Positions 39,364-48,592 of a DNA stretch of 59,088 nt are shown piece by piece. Source of the stretch: Fibrobacterales bacterium (lineage in GTDB: Bacteria > Fibrobacterota > Fibrobacteria > Fibrobacterales > JAOPTW01); the NCBI GenBank assembly GCA_051532035.1, contig JAOPTW010000020.1, forward strand, positions 1 through 59,088. Direction: 5' to 3'. The notes under the pieces were generated by a model. It made no database searches. It was not told where the DNA came from and saw nothing but the letters and a program-made list of their open reading frames with translations. Numbering within the stretch: position 1 is the stretch's first letter; each line of letters opens with the position of its first letter. The position numbers and the translations under genes were made by a program.

Positions 39364-40752
39364 TTAATGTCCTTGACCATCTAATGTAATAGCAAGTTTT
39401 TTCATACGCCGCCAGAGTGTTGTTCGGTCGACGCCCAATACTTTAGCTGCTTGGCTCTTATTCCATCCTACTGATTTCAGGAGGTCAGTGAGCTCTTCTT
39501 TAGAAACGTTTTTAGCACCGCTGGTAAAGTAGGGGAGGTTTTGAAAGGGAGCCGAAGTGGTTTTGATATACTCTGTTTTCCGAATCTCTACAGGGAGGTC
39601 AAAGAGTTCTATGGTATCACTTGGGCAAATGATAAAAGCGTGCTCTATAGCGTTTTCAAGTTCTCGGATGTTGCCGGGCCAATTATAGTCCAGGAGTGTT
39701 GCCATAGCATCTTGTTTGAGGGCGGTAATAGTCTTGTCGGTAGATGCTGAGTACTTCTTGAGGAAGTGTTCTATGAGGAGGGGGATGTCCTCTTTACGCT
39801 CTCTGAGTGCAGGAATATGGATAGGAAATACTTTAAGCCGGTAATAGAAATCCTCTCTAAATTCACCGCTGTGTACGAGTTGTTTGAGATCGCGGTGAGT
39901 TGCAGCCAATATCCGTACGTTGGATCGTCTCGTTCGGTTTTCTCCTATGCGCTCAAACTCTTTTTCTTGTATGAATCTGAGGAGCTTTACTTGAAGGTGG
40001 GGGGAGAGCTCTCCAATTTCATCGAGAAAGAGCGTGCCGTTGTGTGCTAATTCAAAACGACCAATTTTGTCGGTTGATGCACCGGTAAAAGCGCCTTTTA
40101 CATGTCCAAAAAGTTCAGATTCTAACAGGTTTTCGGGTAAGGCGGCACAGTTAACCTTTACAAGGGTTTCACTACTTCTTGGGCTGGCGCCATGGATGGC
40201 ATTTACAATTTGTTCTTTACCAGTCCCCGTTTCACCGGTAATGAGAATGGTAGCATTTGATTGGGCGGCATGTTTTGACGCTTCGAAAATCTGTTGCATA
40301 CTGTGGCTTTTGCCGACGACAGGTCCAAACTGGTTCTGTGTGTCGATGTTCCCTTCAAGTTCAGCAACTCTATGTTCTGTAAGTTTCAGTTGAGATATGT
40401 CTGTCATGGTCTCGACTACGGCAATTGCTTCTTTCTGATCATTATAGATGGTCTTGGTGTTTTTTAGAATGGGACGAGTAGTGCCGTCTTTATGTTTTAG
40501 AGTGCATTCACGTGCGGTGAGAGTGTCGTGCTTTTGTGCCATACAGCGCTCTCCCTTTTTACAATTGCAGTTCATTAATTGATGGCACGGGGTCGTCATA
40601 AGCTCTTGCTTTGTGTAGCCAGTCATTTCAAGCATTGCATTGTTGCAGTATTGAATGGTGTGTTGGGTATCAATAATAATGACCCCTTCAGCAATCGTTT
40701 GAAGAATGTTATAGTAGAAGCTTTGTTGAGTGATGTAATTCTTTAAACTCAT
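39364..40752 (-). CDS. PAS-domain sigma54-dependent enhancer-binding protein (Fis HTH)
   Basis: PAS domain, GETGTGKE, ESELFGHVKGAFTGA, LFLDEIGE, WPGNIREL and C-terminal AAKVLGVDRTTLWR. Confidence 0.95.
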   Translation of the reverse strand: MSLKNYITQQSFYYNILQTIAEGVIIIDTQHTIQYCNNAMLEMTGYTKQELMTTPCHQLMNCNCKKGERCMAQKHDTLTARECTLKHKDGTTRPILKNTKTIYNDQKEAIAVVETMTDISQLKLTEHRVAELEGNIDTQNQFGPVVGKSHSMQQIFEASKHAAQSNATILITGETGTGKEQIVNAIHGASPRSSETLVKVNCAALPENLLESELFGHVKGAFTGASTDKIGRFELAHNGTLFLDEIGELSPHLQVKLLRFIQEKEFERIGENRTRRSNVRILAATHRDLKQLVHSGEFREDFYYRLKVFPIHIPALRERKEDIPLLIEHFLKKYSASTDKTITALKQDAMATLLDYNWPGNIRELENAIEHAFIICPSDTIELFDLPVEIRKTEYIKTTSAPFQNLPYFTSGAKNVSKEELTDLLKSVGWNKSQAAKVLGVDRTTLWRRMKKLAITLDGQGH

Positions 40753-40806
40753 GGTACCAAGTAACAATAATGGCTGTAATGACAATATACATTATCATGG
40801 TTAAAA

Positions 40807-40870
40807 GTGTTGCACTGCAACGTTGCATCGTTGCGTTATTACATATTTGAGTGTTGCGTTATGTTGCACT
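40807..40870. promoter_or_regulatory. Candidate upstream activator sites for the sigma54 activator
   Basis: Palindrome GTTGCA-C-TGCAAC at 40809-40821, plus four more GTTGC copies at 40822, 40830, 40853 and 40863. They lie 70-130 bp upstream of the -24/-12 box. Confidence 0.6.
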
Positions 40871-40940
40871 TTAGTTTTTTCAACTATGTAATATGGCGCT
40901 TTATACGCTGTTTTGGTATCATTACAACTCGTGAAGCTGT

Positions 40941-40956
40941 TGGCACAGGCTTTGCA
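40941..40956 (+). promoter_or_regulatory. Sigma54 -24/-12 promoter of ahpC
   Basis: TGGCAC-AGGCT-TTGCA matches the consensus TGGCAC-N5-TTGCW, 50 bp upstream of the ahpC ATG. Confidence 0.88.
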
Positions 40957-41005
40957 TTAGTGTTGGGCAGAATGACAAACATAGAAATTTAAAAAAGGAA
41001 TCATT

Positions 41006-41593
41006 ATGTCAGTATTAGTAGGAAAACCAGCACCAGATTTTACCGCAGCAGCAGTTCTCAACGGAACTGAAATTGTTGATGCATTTACACTTTCAGCAGA
41101 GATTAAAGATAGCTACGCAATAGTATTCTTTTACCCACTCGATTTCACATTCGTATGCCCAACAGAAATGCACGCATTTCAAGATAAACTTTCTGAGTTT
41201 GAAGCACGCGGTGTAAAAGTTATCGCTGTATCAGTTGATTCTCAGTTTTCACATTTTAACTGGCTTACAACACCTAAATCTAAAGGTGGCATCCAAGGTG
41301 TTACTTACCCAATCGTAGCAGACCTTAATAAAACAATTACTCGTGACTACGATGTAGAAGTTGAAGGTGCAGGCATTGCATATCGTGGTGCATTTGTTAT
41401 CGATAAAGCTGGTGTTGTACGTTCACAAGTGGTTAATGATCTTCCTCTTGGTCGTAACATTGATGAACTTATTCGTCTTGTTGATGCACTACAATTCACA
41501 GAAGAGCATGGCGAAGTTTGTCCTGCGAACTGGGAGAAAGGTGACAAATCAATGAAAGCTACACAAGATGGACTTACTGAGTACTTTGGATAA
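41006..41593 (+). CDS. ahpC: Typical 2-Cys peroxiredoxin
   Basis: Motifs FYPLDFTFVCPTE and GEVCPANW. Confidence 0.95.
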   Translation: MSVLVGKPAPDFTAAAVLNGTEIVDAFTLSAEIKDSYAIVFFYPLDFTFVCPTEMHAFQDKLSEFEARGVKVIAVSVDSQFSHFNWLTTPKSKGGIQGVTYPIVADLNKTITRDYDVEVEGAGIAYRGAFVIDKAGVVRSQVVNDLPLGRNIDELIRLVDALQFTEEHGEVCPANWEKGDKSMKATQDGLTEYFG

Positions 41594-41604
41594 TAGAACT
41601 AAGC

Positions 41605-41640
41605 TATTACTGCAGGGGAATCCCTGCAGTAATACTTTTT
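41605..41640 (+). terminator. Hairpin/terminator after ahpC
   Basis: tattactgcaggg...ccctgcagtaata followed by a T-run. Confidence 0.7.
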
Positions 41641-41650
41641 AGGAGTATCT

Positions 41651-41959
41651 ATGGTAAATGAATTAACAGAAATAGCCTTTGATGAGGCGATTGCTTCAGC
41701 TGATGGCCCAGTGCTTATTGACTTTTGGGCAGCATGGTGTGGACCATGTAGAATGCTTGGTACAATCCTCAATGACTTGTCGGAAGATGATTCAGTTACT
41801 GGAACTTTTTATAAAGTCAATGCTGATGAAAACCCTAGCCTTGTGGATAAATATTCCATTACATCACTACCAACGGTAATGATATTTGAAAACGGAACAC
41901 TAAAAAATAGTGTCGTAGGGGTTCGCCCTCTCAATGTATATAAAGAGTTGTTGTTGTAA
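41651..41959 (+). CDS. trxA: Thioredoxin
   Basis: Active site DFWAAWCGPC, plus SLPT. Confidence 0.93.
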   Translation: MVNELTEIAFDEAIASADGPVLIDFWAAWCGPCRMLGTILNDLSEDDSVTGTFYKVNADENPSLVDKYSITSLPTVMIFENGTLKNSVVGVRPLNVYKELLL

Positions 41960-41973
41960 AGAAAGGATAAAAT

Positions 41974-42288
41974 ATGATTGAGAATAGTATGCTCGTTCTG
42001 TTTGGAGCGTTGGGAGATCTTACCCATAAAAAACTATTCCCTGCCCTCAACTCTTTTTTTGTGCAACAAAAGCTCCCTCAAAATTTTCACTATTCTGATT
42101 TAAAGAATACCTATATTCTTGTTGTGTACGAGAAAATTATTGATCCTATTATTCAATATGTTCGTGAATGAGTACCTATGAATGGGTATGTTTTTTTTCA
42201 TGGGGGGCATGCTGCTCATGAAATGATTAATCGCAGTGGGTTCGAATGGAATGGATTCCTGCAAAAAAGTAGAAGGAGCAGACGGTAA
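41974..42288 (+). pseudogene. zwf: Glucose-6-phosphate dehydrogenase remnant (internally deleted, in-frame stop)
   Basis: The N-terminal LVLFGALGDLTHKKLFPAL is joined to C-terminal-like FHYSDL..TYI...YEK, IIDPII and GY...AAHEMINRSGFEW. A TGA lies at 42169-42171. It sits directly upstream of pgl. Confidence 0.8.
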
Positions 42289-42305
42289 CGTCTGTCGAGT
42301 ATAAT

Positions 42306-43022
42306 ATGAGTACGACAAATGTTTTTGATACAGCATACGACCTCGCTTATGCGGCAGCAGAAGATATTTTAAAACTTTCATTAGTGGGTGAGCCAAAACA
42401 CATAGCTCTTTCGGGAGGAGCAACTCCTTTACAGTTTTTTGAAGTACTTGCGGAAAACCCTTTTAATGATAAAGTACTGTGGAGTAATCTTCACTTTTGG
42501 TGGGTCGACGAGCGTTGTGTTGATCCTATGGATTCAGAAAGTAATTTTGGACAATTCAAGCGGTTTCTCGCTGATAAAATCGGGCTCTTTCCGAGTAATA
42601 TTCATGCTATAGACGGGAGTCATGACTCTATATTAGAAGTGCAGGAGTATAATGAGCGTCTTGCAACTGAAGTTCCTCAGTCAAATGACCTACCCTGTTT
42701 TGACCTTATTTTTCTGGGCCTGGGAGACGATGGGCATACGGCATCTCATTTTAAAGATAACGAAGATAGCATTGTAAAGGGATGTGCCCTCACAACTCTA
42801 GTGCAACATCCGGTGATAAAACAACGCCGAGTCACTATTAATATGAATGTCATTAACAATAGTCGTCATATTGTTTTTCTGGTAACAGGTGCAAACAAAA
42901 CCAAAATTCTTGGTCAAATACTTAAAGGAAGAGATACCTTATATCCTGCGGGGCAAGTAATTGCTCAAAATGGTATTCTTGATTGGTATGTCGATGAAGC
43001 GGCTTTTGGAAAAGAGGATTAA
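42306..43022 (+). CDS. pgl: 6-phosphogluconolactonase
   Basis: Motifs IALSGGATP, WVDERCV, SNF, LGLGDDGHTAS and FLVTGANK. Confidence 0.9.
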   Translation: MSTTNVFDTAYDLAYAAAEDILKLSLVGEPKHIALSGGATPLQFFEVLAENPFNDKVLWSNLHFWWVDERCVDPMDSESNFGQFKRFLADKIGLFPSNIHAIDGSHDSILEVQEYNERLATEVPQSNDLPCFDLIFLGLGDDGHTASHFKDNEDSIVKGCALTTLVQHPVIKQRRVTINMNVINNSRHIVFLVTGANKTKILGQILKGRDTLYPAGQVIAQNGILDWYVDEAAFGKED

Positions 43023-43256
43023 GATAGGTATTGGTGGTGTGGCGAGTTGTTCCTATAATTTGTAACACAAAGCACACCCCTGATTGAGCATAATCTTTCA
43101 TTTAGGGGAGGGATAGGTGTACTCCCATACAACTTTGTATCAAAACCTCCATAAGTTGTAGCTATTTAACTATTTTTATTCCAATCGTAGATACCATTGA
43201 GAAGTGGATCTATAGTGAAGAAATGTGAAGGGTCCCCAAAGGGATTAGGAGATACA

Positions 43257-43742
43257 ATGTCGTACAGTATTACAGAAGTTTTAGAATTTGCACTTGCTAT
43301 TGAAGAGACAGGCTATGACTTTTATGTAGCCCAGGCAGAAAGAACTACTAATCCTGAAGTGAAAAGTCTTTTTGAGCGCCTCGCACGAGATGAGGCTCAG
43401 CATAAGAAAGGCTTTAAAAAAATACTCAATGAAGTTGCGGGTCGTATTTCTGATGAAGGGCAATTCGGCGAAGAGTATTTTCAGTATATTAAAATGCTTG
43501 TTAAAGACATGGGGTTTAAACATGATAAATTTAATCGTGATGTTAAAACCTCAGACAATATTCTCGATGTTGTACTCTATGCCATGAATCGTGAAAAAGA
43601 CACCGTACAGTATTATACAGAGCTCAAAACATTGGTTTCTGAACAAGATCAGGTAACGGTTGACCGCCTCATAGAAGAAGAAAAAGAGCATTTTGCAACT
43701 CTTTTTAAAGTATACGAGAGTTTAGAAGCGAAAAACGCTTAA
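43257..43742 (+). CDS. Rubrerythrin/ferritin-like di-iron protein
   Basis: Motifs AIEETGYDFY, LARDEAQH and EEEKEH (ExxH pairs). Confidence 0.85.
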   Translation: MSYSITEVLEFALAIEETGYDFYVAQAERTTNPEVKSLFERLARDEAQHKKGFKKILNEVAGRISDEGQFGEEYFQYIKMLVKDMGFKHDKFNRDVKTSDNILDVVLYAMNREKDTVQYYTELKTLVSEQDQVTVDRLIEEEKEHFATLFKVYESLEAKNA

Positions 43743-43889
43743 AAACCCCTAATACTTCTCATACCGAAGCTTGTTATGGGTTCCTCATTCAAGCTTCATC
43801 AAAGCTTCATCAGTAGACTCTCCTAAATATCACCTTCGAATTACGGCCTATTTTCCTATATTTGGGCCATCAATTTAACACGCTGAATC

Positions 43890-44927
43890 ATGACTGCTGA
43901 TGAACTCTATGACCGCCTCAAACATGTTAAAGTTGGGGCACATACTTGTACCTTTGATCTCCAGAAATGTGAAGAGATCCTCCCGCTTATCAATGAAATT
44001 AATGCTCTCAAAAAAGAGAAAAATGCAGTAATTTTAGCTCACTCTTATGTTGCTCCAGAAATTGTATACGGGGTAGCGGACTACACTGGTGATTCTTATG
44101 GACTCAGTAAAGATGCTATGAACACCGAGGCGGAAACTATTGTTTTTGCAGCGGTAAAGTTTATGGGTGAAACAGCCAAATTGCTTAGTCCTGAAAAAGA
44201 AGTATTGATACCAGGAAGAGATTCTGGGTGTACTCTTGCAGATGCCATTACTGGTGAGCAGGTGAGAGCCCTCAGAGCAGAGTACCCTGATCATGCGTTC
44301 ATCTGTTATATAAACACTACTGCAGAAGTAAAAGCGGCTTGTGATGTCTCTGTAACCTCTTCTAATGTCTATGATATTGTTGAGTGCTACCCGAATGATA
44401 AAATTGTATTTGTTCCCGATCTTCTTATGGGGCAAAATATCATTGCTGAGATGAAAGAGCGGGGTGTTAACAAAGAGATCGTGCTGTATGATGGTAACTG
44501 TTATGCTCATAAAGAGTATGATACTGATATGATCGATTTTCTTAAATCAAAGCATGATGGATTGACTGTGGTATCTCACCCTGAGTGTACTCTAGAAGTA
44601 ACCTCAAAATCTGATTTTGTAGGTTCAACTGGTCAAATGATGGATTACATCAAAGAGTCTGATGAGAATGATTTTCTTCTTCTCACAGAGTGCGGGTTGA
44701 GTTCGCGTCTTCAGATTGAAAATCCTGAAAAGAATTTTATCGGAACCTGTAATTTCTGCAAATATATGAAATCGAATACGTTAGAAGATATAATCCGGGT
44801 TCTTAAAAACCCAGAGCCCTCTGATCGTATTGAGCTCGATGCTTCAGTTATTGTTGATGCTAAGGCGTGTATCGAAAAGATGTTTGAATATGCAGAAGCA
44901 GGAGCTCCCGCAGCTCCATGTGAGTAA
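43890..44927 (+). CDS. nadA: Quinolinate synthase
   Basis: Motifs ILAHSY, FMGETAK, GCTLA, CYINT, HPEC and CKYMK. Confidence 0.93.
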   Translation: MTADELYDRLKHVKVGAHTCTFDLQKCEEILPLINEINALKKEKNAVILAHSYVAPEIVYGVADYTGDSYGLSKDAMNTEAETIVFAAVKFMGETAKLLSPEKEVLIPGRDSGCTLADAITGEQVRALRAEYPDHAFICYINTTAEVKAACDVSVTSSNVYDIVECYPNDKIVFVPDLLMGQNIIAEMKERGVNKEIVLYDGNCYAHKEYDTDMIDFLKSKHDGLTVVSHPECTLEVTSKSDFVGSTGQMMDYIKESDENDFLLLTECGLSSRLQIENPEKNFIGTCNFCKYMKSNTLEDIIRVLKNPEPSDRIELDASVIVDAKACIEKMFEYAEAGAPAAPCE

Positions 44928-44930
44928 TCT

Positions 44931-45506
44931 ATGTCATTAAACCCTGCAGACAATCTTAAAAACCTTATCGACCGGAGTATCGAGTCTCCCCAGATTAATA
45001 ATCTGTTGAGTGGGATTTTAAGTAATGCAATTCTCGGTATTTTGCCGGGTGCAGGGAATGTTTTTACTCAAGACACATTGGCTCTTTTTAAGAGTCAGTT
45101 TATTGAGAATCATCTGTTTGTAGAACATCACCTGGTAACTGCAACACTTCTTACCCATGATGATGCAGACTTGAAGGCTCACAAAGAGGCAATTATTCAG
45201 CTTTGTAGTGATATTCTGATCTACAAGAACGCTCCGGCCTCAACAACTCTTTCAAATGAAAAAAACAGTGAGGGAGAGTTCTTTAAGGATTTTCGCAGGG
45301 TAAAATGCCCACTCAATTTTGTAAAGACAAAGCTTTTTCTCGATCGTATTAAATCGGGCGACCTTCTTAGAATTTACCTTGATGATGGGGCGCCTATCGA
45401 AAATGTTCCGCGGAGTGTCCGTCGTGATGGGCATGAGATTATGAGTCGTGAAAAACACGAAGATGATGGCGTTCTTTACTGGGATCTTCTCATAAAAAAA
45501 CAGTAA
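44931..45506 (+). CDS. TusA/SirA-domain sulfur carrier with N-terminal extension
   Basis: C-terminal DFRRVKCPLNFVKTKL...LDDGAPIENVPRS (CPx motif). Confidence 0.75.
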   Translation: MSLNPADNLKNLIDRSIESPQINNLLSGILSNAILGILPGAGNVFTQDTLALFKSQFIENHLFVEHHLVTATLLTHDDADLKAHKEAIIQLCSDILIYKNAPASTTLSNEKNSEGEFFKDFRRVKCPLNFVKTKLFLDRIKSGDLLRIYLDDGAPIENVPRSVRRDGHEIMSREKHEDDGVLYWDLLIKKQ

Positions 45507-45659
45507 CTCCTCTTCATTAAGGGTGCTTTTTTATGGGCCTTCTGTCAAAACTACACCTCTATAAATCAAGTAACTAAAAATTCATTAAGAGCTCTCTTGC
45601 TCTTGTATTAGAGCATGTTCTATGGGTATAATTAAAGAAAGTAGTATCGGAGGTTCCTC

Positions 45660-45947
45660 ATGTCCAAGATGCTTTATCCTACAGAACACCATCCGCGCGG
45701 TAAGTCAACCTCGCCTTGGTATACCTTAAAGAGTGATAAGGTCTATACGGGGCATGGCCACCCAGATGGTATTCGAGAAGAACCCTGGTTTCAGGTACAT
45801 GACTATAAATTGTATCCTTCCTTTGGTCACCCAGATGGTGAAAGTAAAGATGCGAAGTACAAAATATCAATGGATGATGTTGTGCCATTGGGAAATGCGC
45901 CAGGAGGTCACGGCCTAGGGGCTTGGTATAAAATAGTCGAGATGTAA
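45660..45947 (+). CDS. 95-aa protein made of four 23-aa repeats
   Basis: It has a GGAGG RBS. Pro recurs at 12/35/58/81, Gly at 14/37/60/83 and an aromatic residue at 21/44/67/90. Confidence 0.75.
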   Translation: MSKMLYPTEHHPRGKSTSPWYTLKSDKVYTGHGHPDGIREEPWFQVHDYKLYPSFGHPDGESKDAKYKISMDDVVPLGNAPGGHGLGAWYKIVEM

Positions 45948-45955
45948 AGGCGTCG

Positions 45956-46777
45956 CTAAAGTTTTTGACAGGAGGGACAAAAATAGGTTCCCCTGCCTGC
46001 GACTTTAACTTTTACAATAGTAGTTTTACAATTACTGCACGGTTGCCCCGCTCGGTTATAGGCTTTCAGTGAAAGCTGAAATTTCCCTTTTTCACCATAA
46101 GAATTCACATAGTCCGAGAACGTAGTGCCTTTATTAAGAACAGCTTTTTTGAGTACTGCTTTGGTGGTTTTTAGAATGGAGCCAATGGCATCATCACTCA
46201 AAGAAGAGGGGGTGGTAAGGGGGTTCAGTTTTTCACGAAACAGAATTTCATCGACATAAATATTGCCTATTCCTGCAATAACTTCCTGATTGAGGAGGGC
46301 CGCTTTTATGGAGACTTTTCGATTTTTAAGGGCTTCTATGAGGTCTTTCTTTTTCATAGTGAGTGCGTCAGGGCCCAGCTTATGATCAATGAGATAACGC
46401 TCCTTATCACTGGTATTAATCAAAGTAAATCGCCCAAATGTCCGGATATCTCGATAGATCAATTTAGTGTCACTATTATCAAAAAAGAGTTCCACATGGG
46501 TGTGTTTATCTTTCGCTCTATCTACGGGTGTTGTAAACAGTTGCCCCGTCATACGTAAATGCACGACTACTGTTTTATCGTTACTTATGTGCAGAAAGAT
46601 GTACTTGCCATGGCGGGTAACCGTAACGATCTCTTGACCAACAAGAGCCTTTTTGAGGGATGGTGCCGTACCATTCACAATACGAGGGAGATGAATTAAG
46701 GCTTTACATATGGGTTGTGAGAGGCATTGCTTTTTAAGCCCCTGTACAACGGTCTCGACTTCTGGGAGTTCAGGCAT
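45956..46777 (-). CDS. mutM: Formamidopyrimidine-DNA glycosylase
   Basis: N-terminal MPELPEVE, HLRMTG, AGIGNIY and zinc finger CSNC...CPSCQ. Confidence 0.95.
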   Translation of the reverse strand: MPELPEVETVVQGLKKQCLSQPICKALIHLPRIVNGTAPSLKKALVGQEIVTVTRHGKYIFLHISNDKTVVVHLRMTGQLFTTPVDRAKDKHTHVELFFDNSDTKLIYRDIRTFGRFTLINTSDKERYLIDHKLGPDALTMKKKDLIEALKNRKVSIKAALLNQEVIAGIGNIYVDEILFREKLNPLTTPSSLSDDAIGSILKTTKAVLKKAVLNKGTTFSDYVNSYGEKGKFQLSLKAYNRAGQPCSNCKTTIVKVKVAGRGTYFCPSCQKL

Positions 46778-46989
46778 AAGAGTCCAGTGTGAAAATGGTA
46801 CAGTAAAGATACTCTTAACCAATGCGGTGCACAATAGAACTATTTTTTATGTTCAAGTTTGAATAGCTTCTTGCCAATAATCCTTGTCAAAGGTTGTGGA
46901 ACTATTATATTGGGTATTACTAATTACAAATGTGTAATAGAGGGTAGTTAAAAGCTACCCATTCTGTAAACAGAAACAAGGAGAAATCA

Positions 46990-47541
46990 ATGGATAGATA
47001 CGTATGTTCAGTATGTGGATATGTACATGTAGGCTCAGAACCACCAGAAAAATGTCCAACCTGTGGTGTAGGGCCAGAGAAATTCACGAAACAACAAGAG
47101 GGTGCACGTCAGTGGGCTGATGAGCATGTTGTTGGTGTAGCTAAAGGTGTTGATCCTGAGATTATCGAAGGCTTACGCGCTAACTTTACCGGAGAATGTA
47201 CCGAAGTAGGTATGTATCTTGCAATGGGTCGCCAAGCTGCTCGTGAAGGGTACCCAGAGATCGCAGAAGCGTACAAAAATATCGCCTGGGAAGAAGCTGA
47301 ACACGCAGCAAAATTTGCTGAACTTCTTGGTGAAGTATATGTCGCAGATACGGCAACAAACCTTCAGGCACGTGTTGATGCTGAGTTTGGTGCATGTGAT
47401 GGTAAAAAGAAACTTGCTACTCGCGCAAAAGAGCTTAACCTCGATGCAATTCATGATACGGTTCACGAAATGTGCAAAGACGAAGCACGCCACGGACAAC
47501 AGTTCGAAGGTTTATTGAATCGTTTCTTTAAAAATAAATAG
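46990..47541 (+). CDS. Reverse rubrerythrin (NADH peroxidase)
   Basis: N-terminal rubredoxin CSVCGY...CPTC, then di-iron domain [13 protein letters not shown] and DEARH. Confidence 0.9.
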   Translation: MDRYVCSVCGYVHVGSEPPEKCPTCGVGPEKFTKQQEGARQWADEHVVGVAKGVDPEIIEGLRANFTGECTEVGMYLAMGRQAAREGYPEIAEAYKNIAWEEAEHAAKFAELLGEVYVADTATNLQARVDAEFGACDGKKKLATRAKELNLDAIHDTVHEMCKDEARHGQQFEGLLNRFFKNK

Positions 47542-47596
47542 TGGGTTAATGAGCTGCTCATTTGAGTGAGCACTATGTTGTTAATCCAAATAGTAT

Positions 47597-47634
47597 AAAA
47601 AGAAGGCATTGACCCAGGTTGATGCCTTCTTTAT
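47597..47634 (+). terminator. Intrinsic terminator
   Basis: aaagaaggcat...atgccttcttt. Confidence 0.7.
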
Positions 47635-47749
47635 AATTATAGCGTTCACAAAAGTGTGATCTTTTTTTTGATAAAGTGAGCAGTTGCCTTTTGGTTTTCC
47701 CATTGCTTAATCTATTATTCTATAGAAAATTTTTAATATATGGCTTGTA

Positions 47750-48583
47750 GTGACTAATATACCAAGGATTATAGATTATATCGATTATACGTTGTATGTG
47801 AAGGACTGGTATGAGTATCAAAAGTCATTAAAACCATCGTTCTCTTATAGGGTGTTCTCAACTCGGGTAAAGTTTAAGTCAAAGAGCTATCTTTCAAGTG
47901 TGGTATCGGGCAAAAGACAGCTTTCTCGAAAATCAATTTCGAAAATGGTTGAAGGTATGAATCTGACGGGAGATGACGCAGAGTATTTTTCACATCTTGT
48001 CTGCTTTAAAACATCTAAAACGAATGCTGAGAAAAATATTTTCTGGAAAAAGATAAAGACCTTTCAGATTCCCAACCTAAACAAAAAGAAAATATTTAAA
48101 AAGTATGAGCTCATTGAAAATTGGTACACCTTACCTCTTCGTGAGATTATTTGTGTTACCGATTTTGATAATAACTTCAAAAAACTGGGAAAAATGATCT
48201 TGCCACCTATTTCTCAGAAGGAAGCCCATGATGCAGTGGAGCTTCTTCTTGATTTAGGTCTTGTAGAAAAAAAGGATAATCGGTATATACAGTCTGATTT
48301 TGAAATTCTATTTGACCCTGATGTAAAGCGTTTTGCAGCTCAGAACTTTCAAAAGCAGATAATTACTATTGGAGCTGAGGCATTGTCGCAACTCAGAAGT
48401 GACTCAGTACATACTCAAACCGTTACTTTTGGGAGTAATCCAAGCCTTAATGGTGAGATAGACCGAATTATCCATACCTGTATAGAAGAGATATATGAGG
48501 CGATTCAGAAATATCCAACGGTTCAAGAAGTTAAGCAATTAAATCTTCAGTTTTTTTCTTTAAGCAAAAACAACTTAATTTAG
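47750..48583 (+). CDS. TIGR02147/DUF4423-family protein
   Basis: Pattern Y.DY..Y..DWYE..K...FSYR...SYL..V..GKR.LS, WY...RE, A..AV.LL..LGL and C-terminal QLNLQFF. Confidence 0.8.
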   Translation: MTNIPRIIDYIDYTLYVKDWYEYQKSLKPSFSYRVFSTRVKFKSKSYLSSVVSGKRQLSRKSISKMVEGMNLTGDDAEYFSHLVCFKTSKTNAEKNIFWKKIKTFQIPNLNKKKIFKKYELIENWYTLPLREIICVTDFDNNFKKLGKMILPPISQKEAHDAVELLLDLGLVEKKDNRYIQSDFEILFDPDVKRFAAQNFQKQIITIGAEALSQLRSDSVHTQTVTFGSNPSLNGEIDRIIHTCIEEIYEAIQKYPTVQEVKQLNLQFFSLSKNNLI

Positions 48584-48592
48584 GAGTCATCT

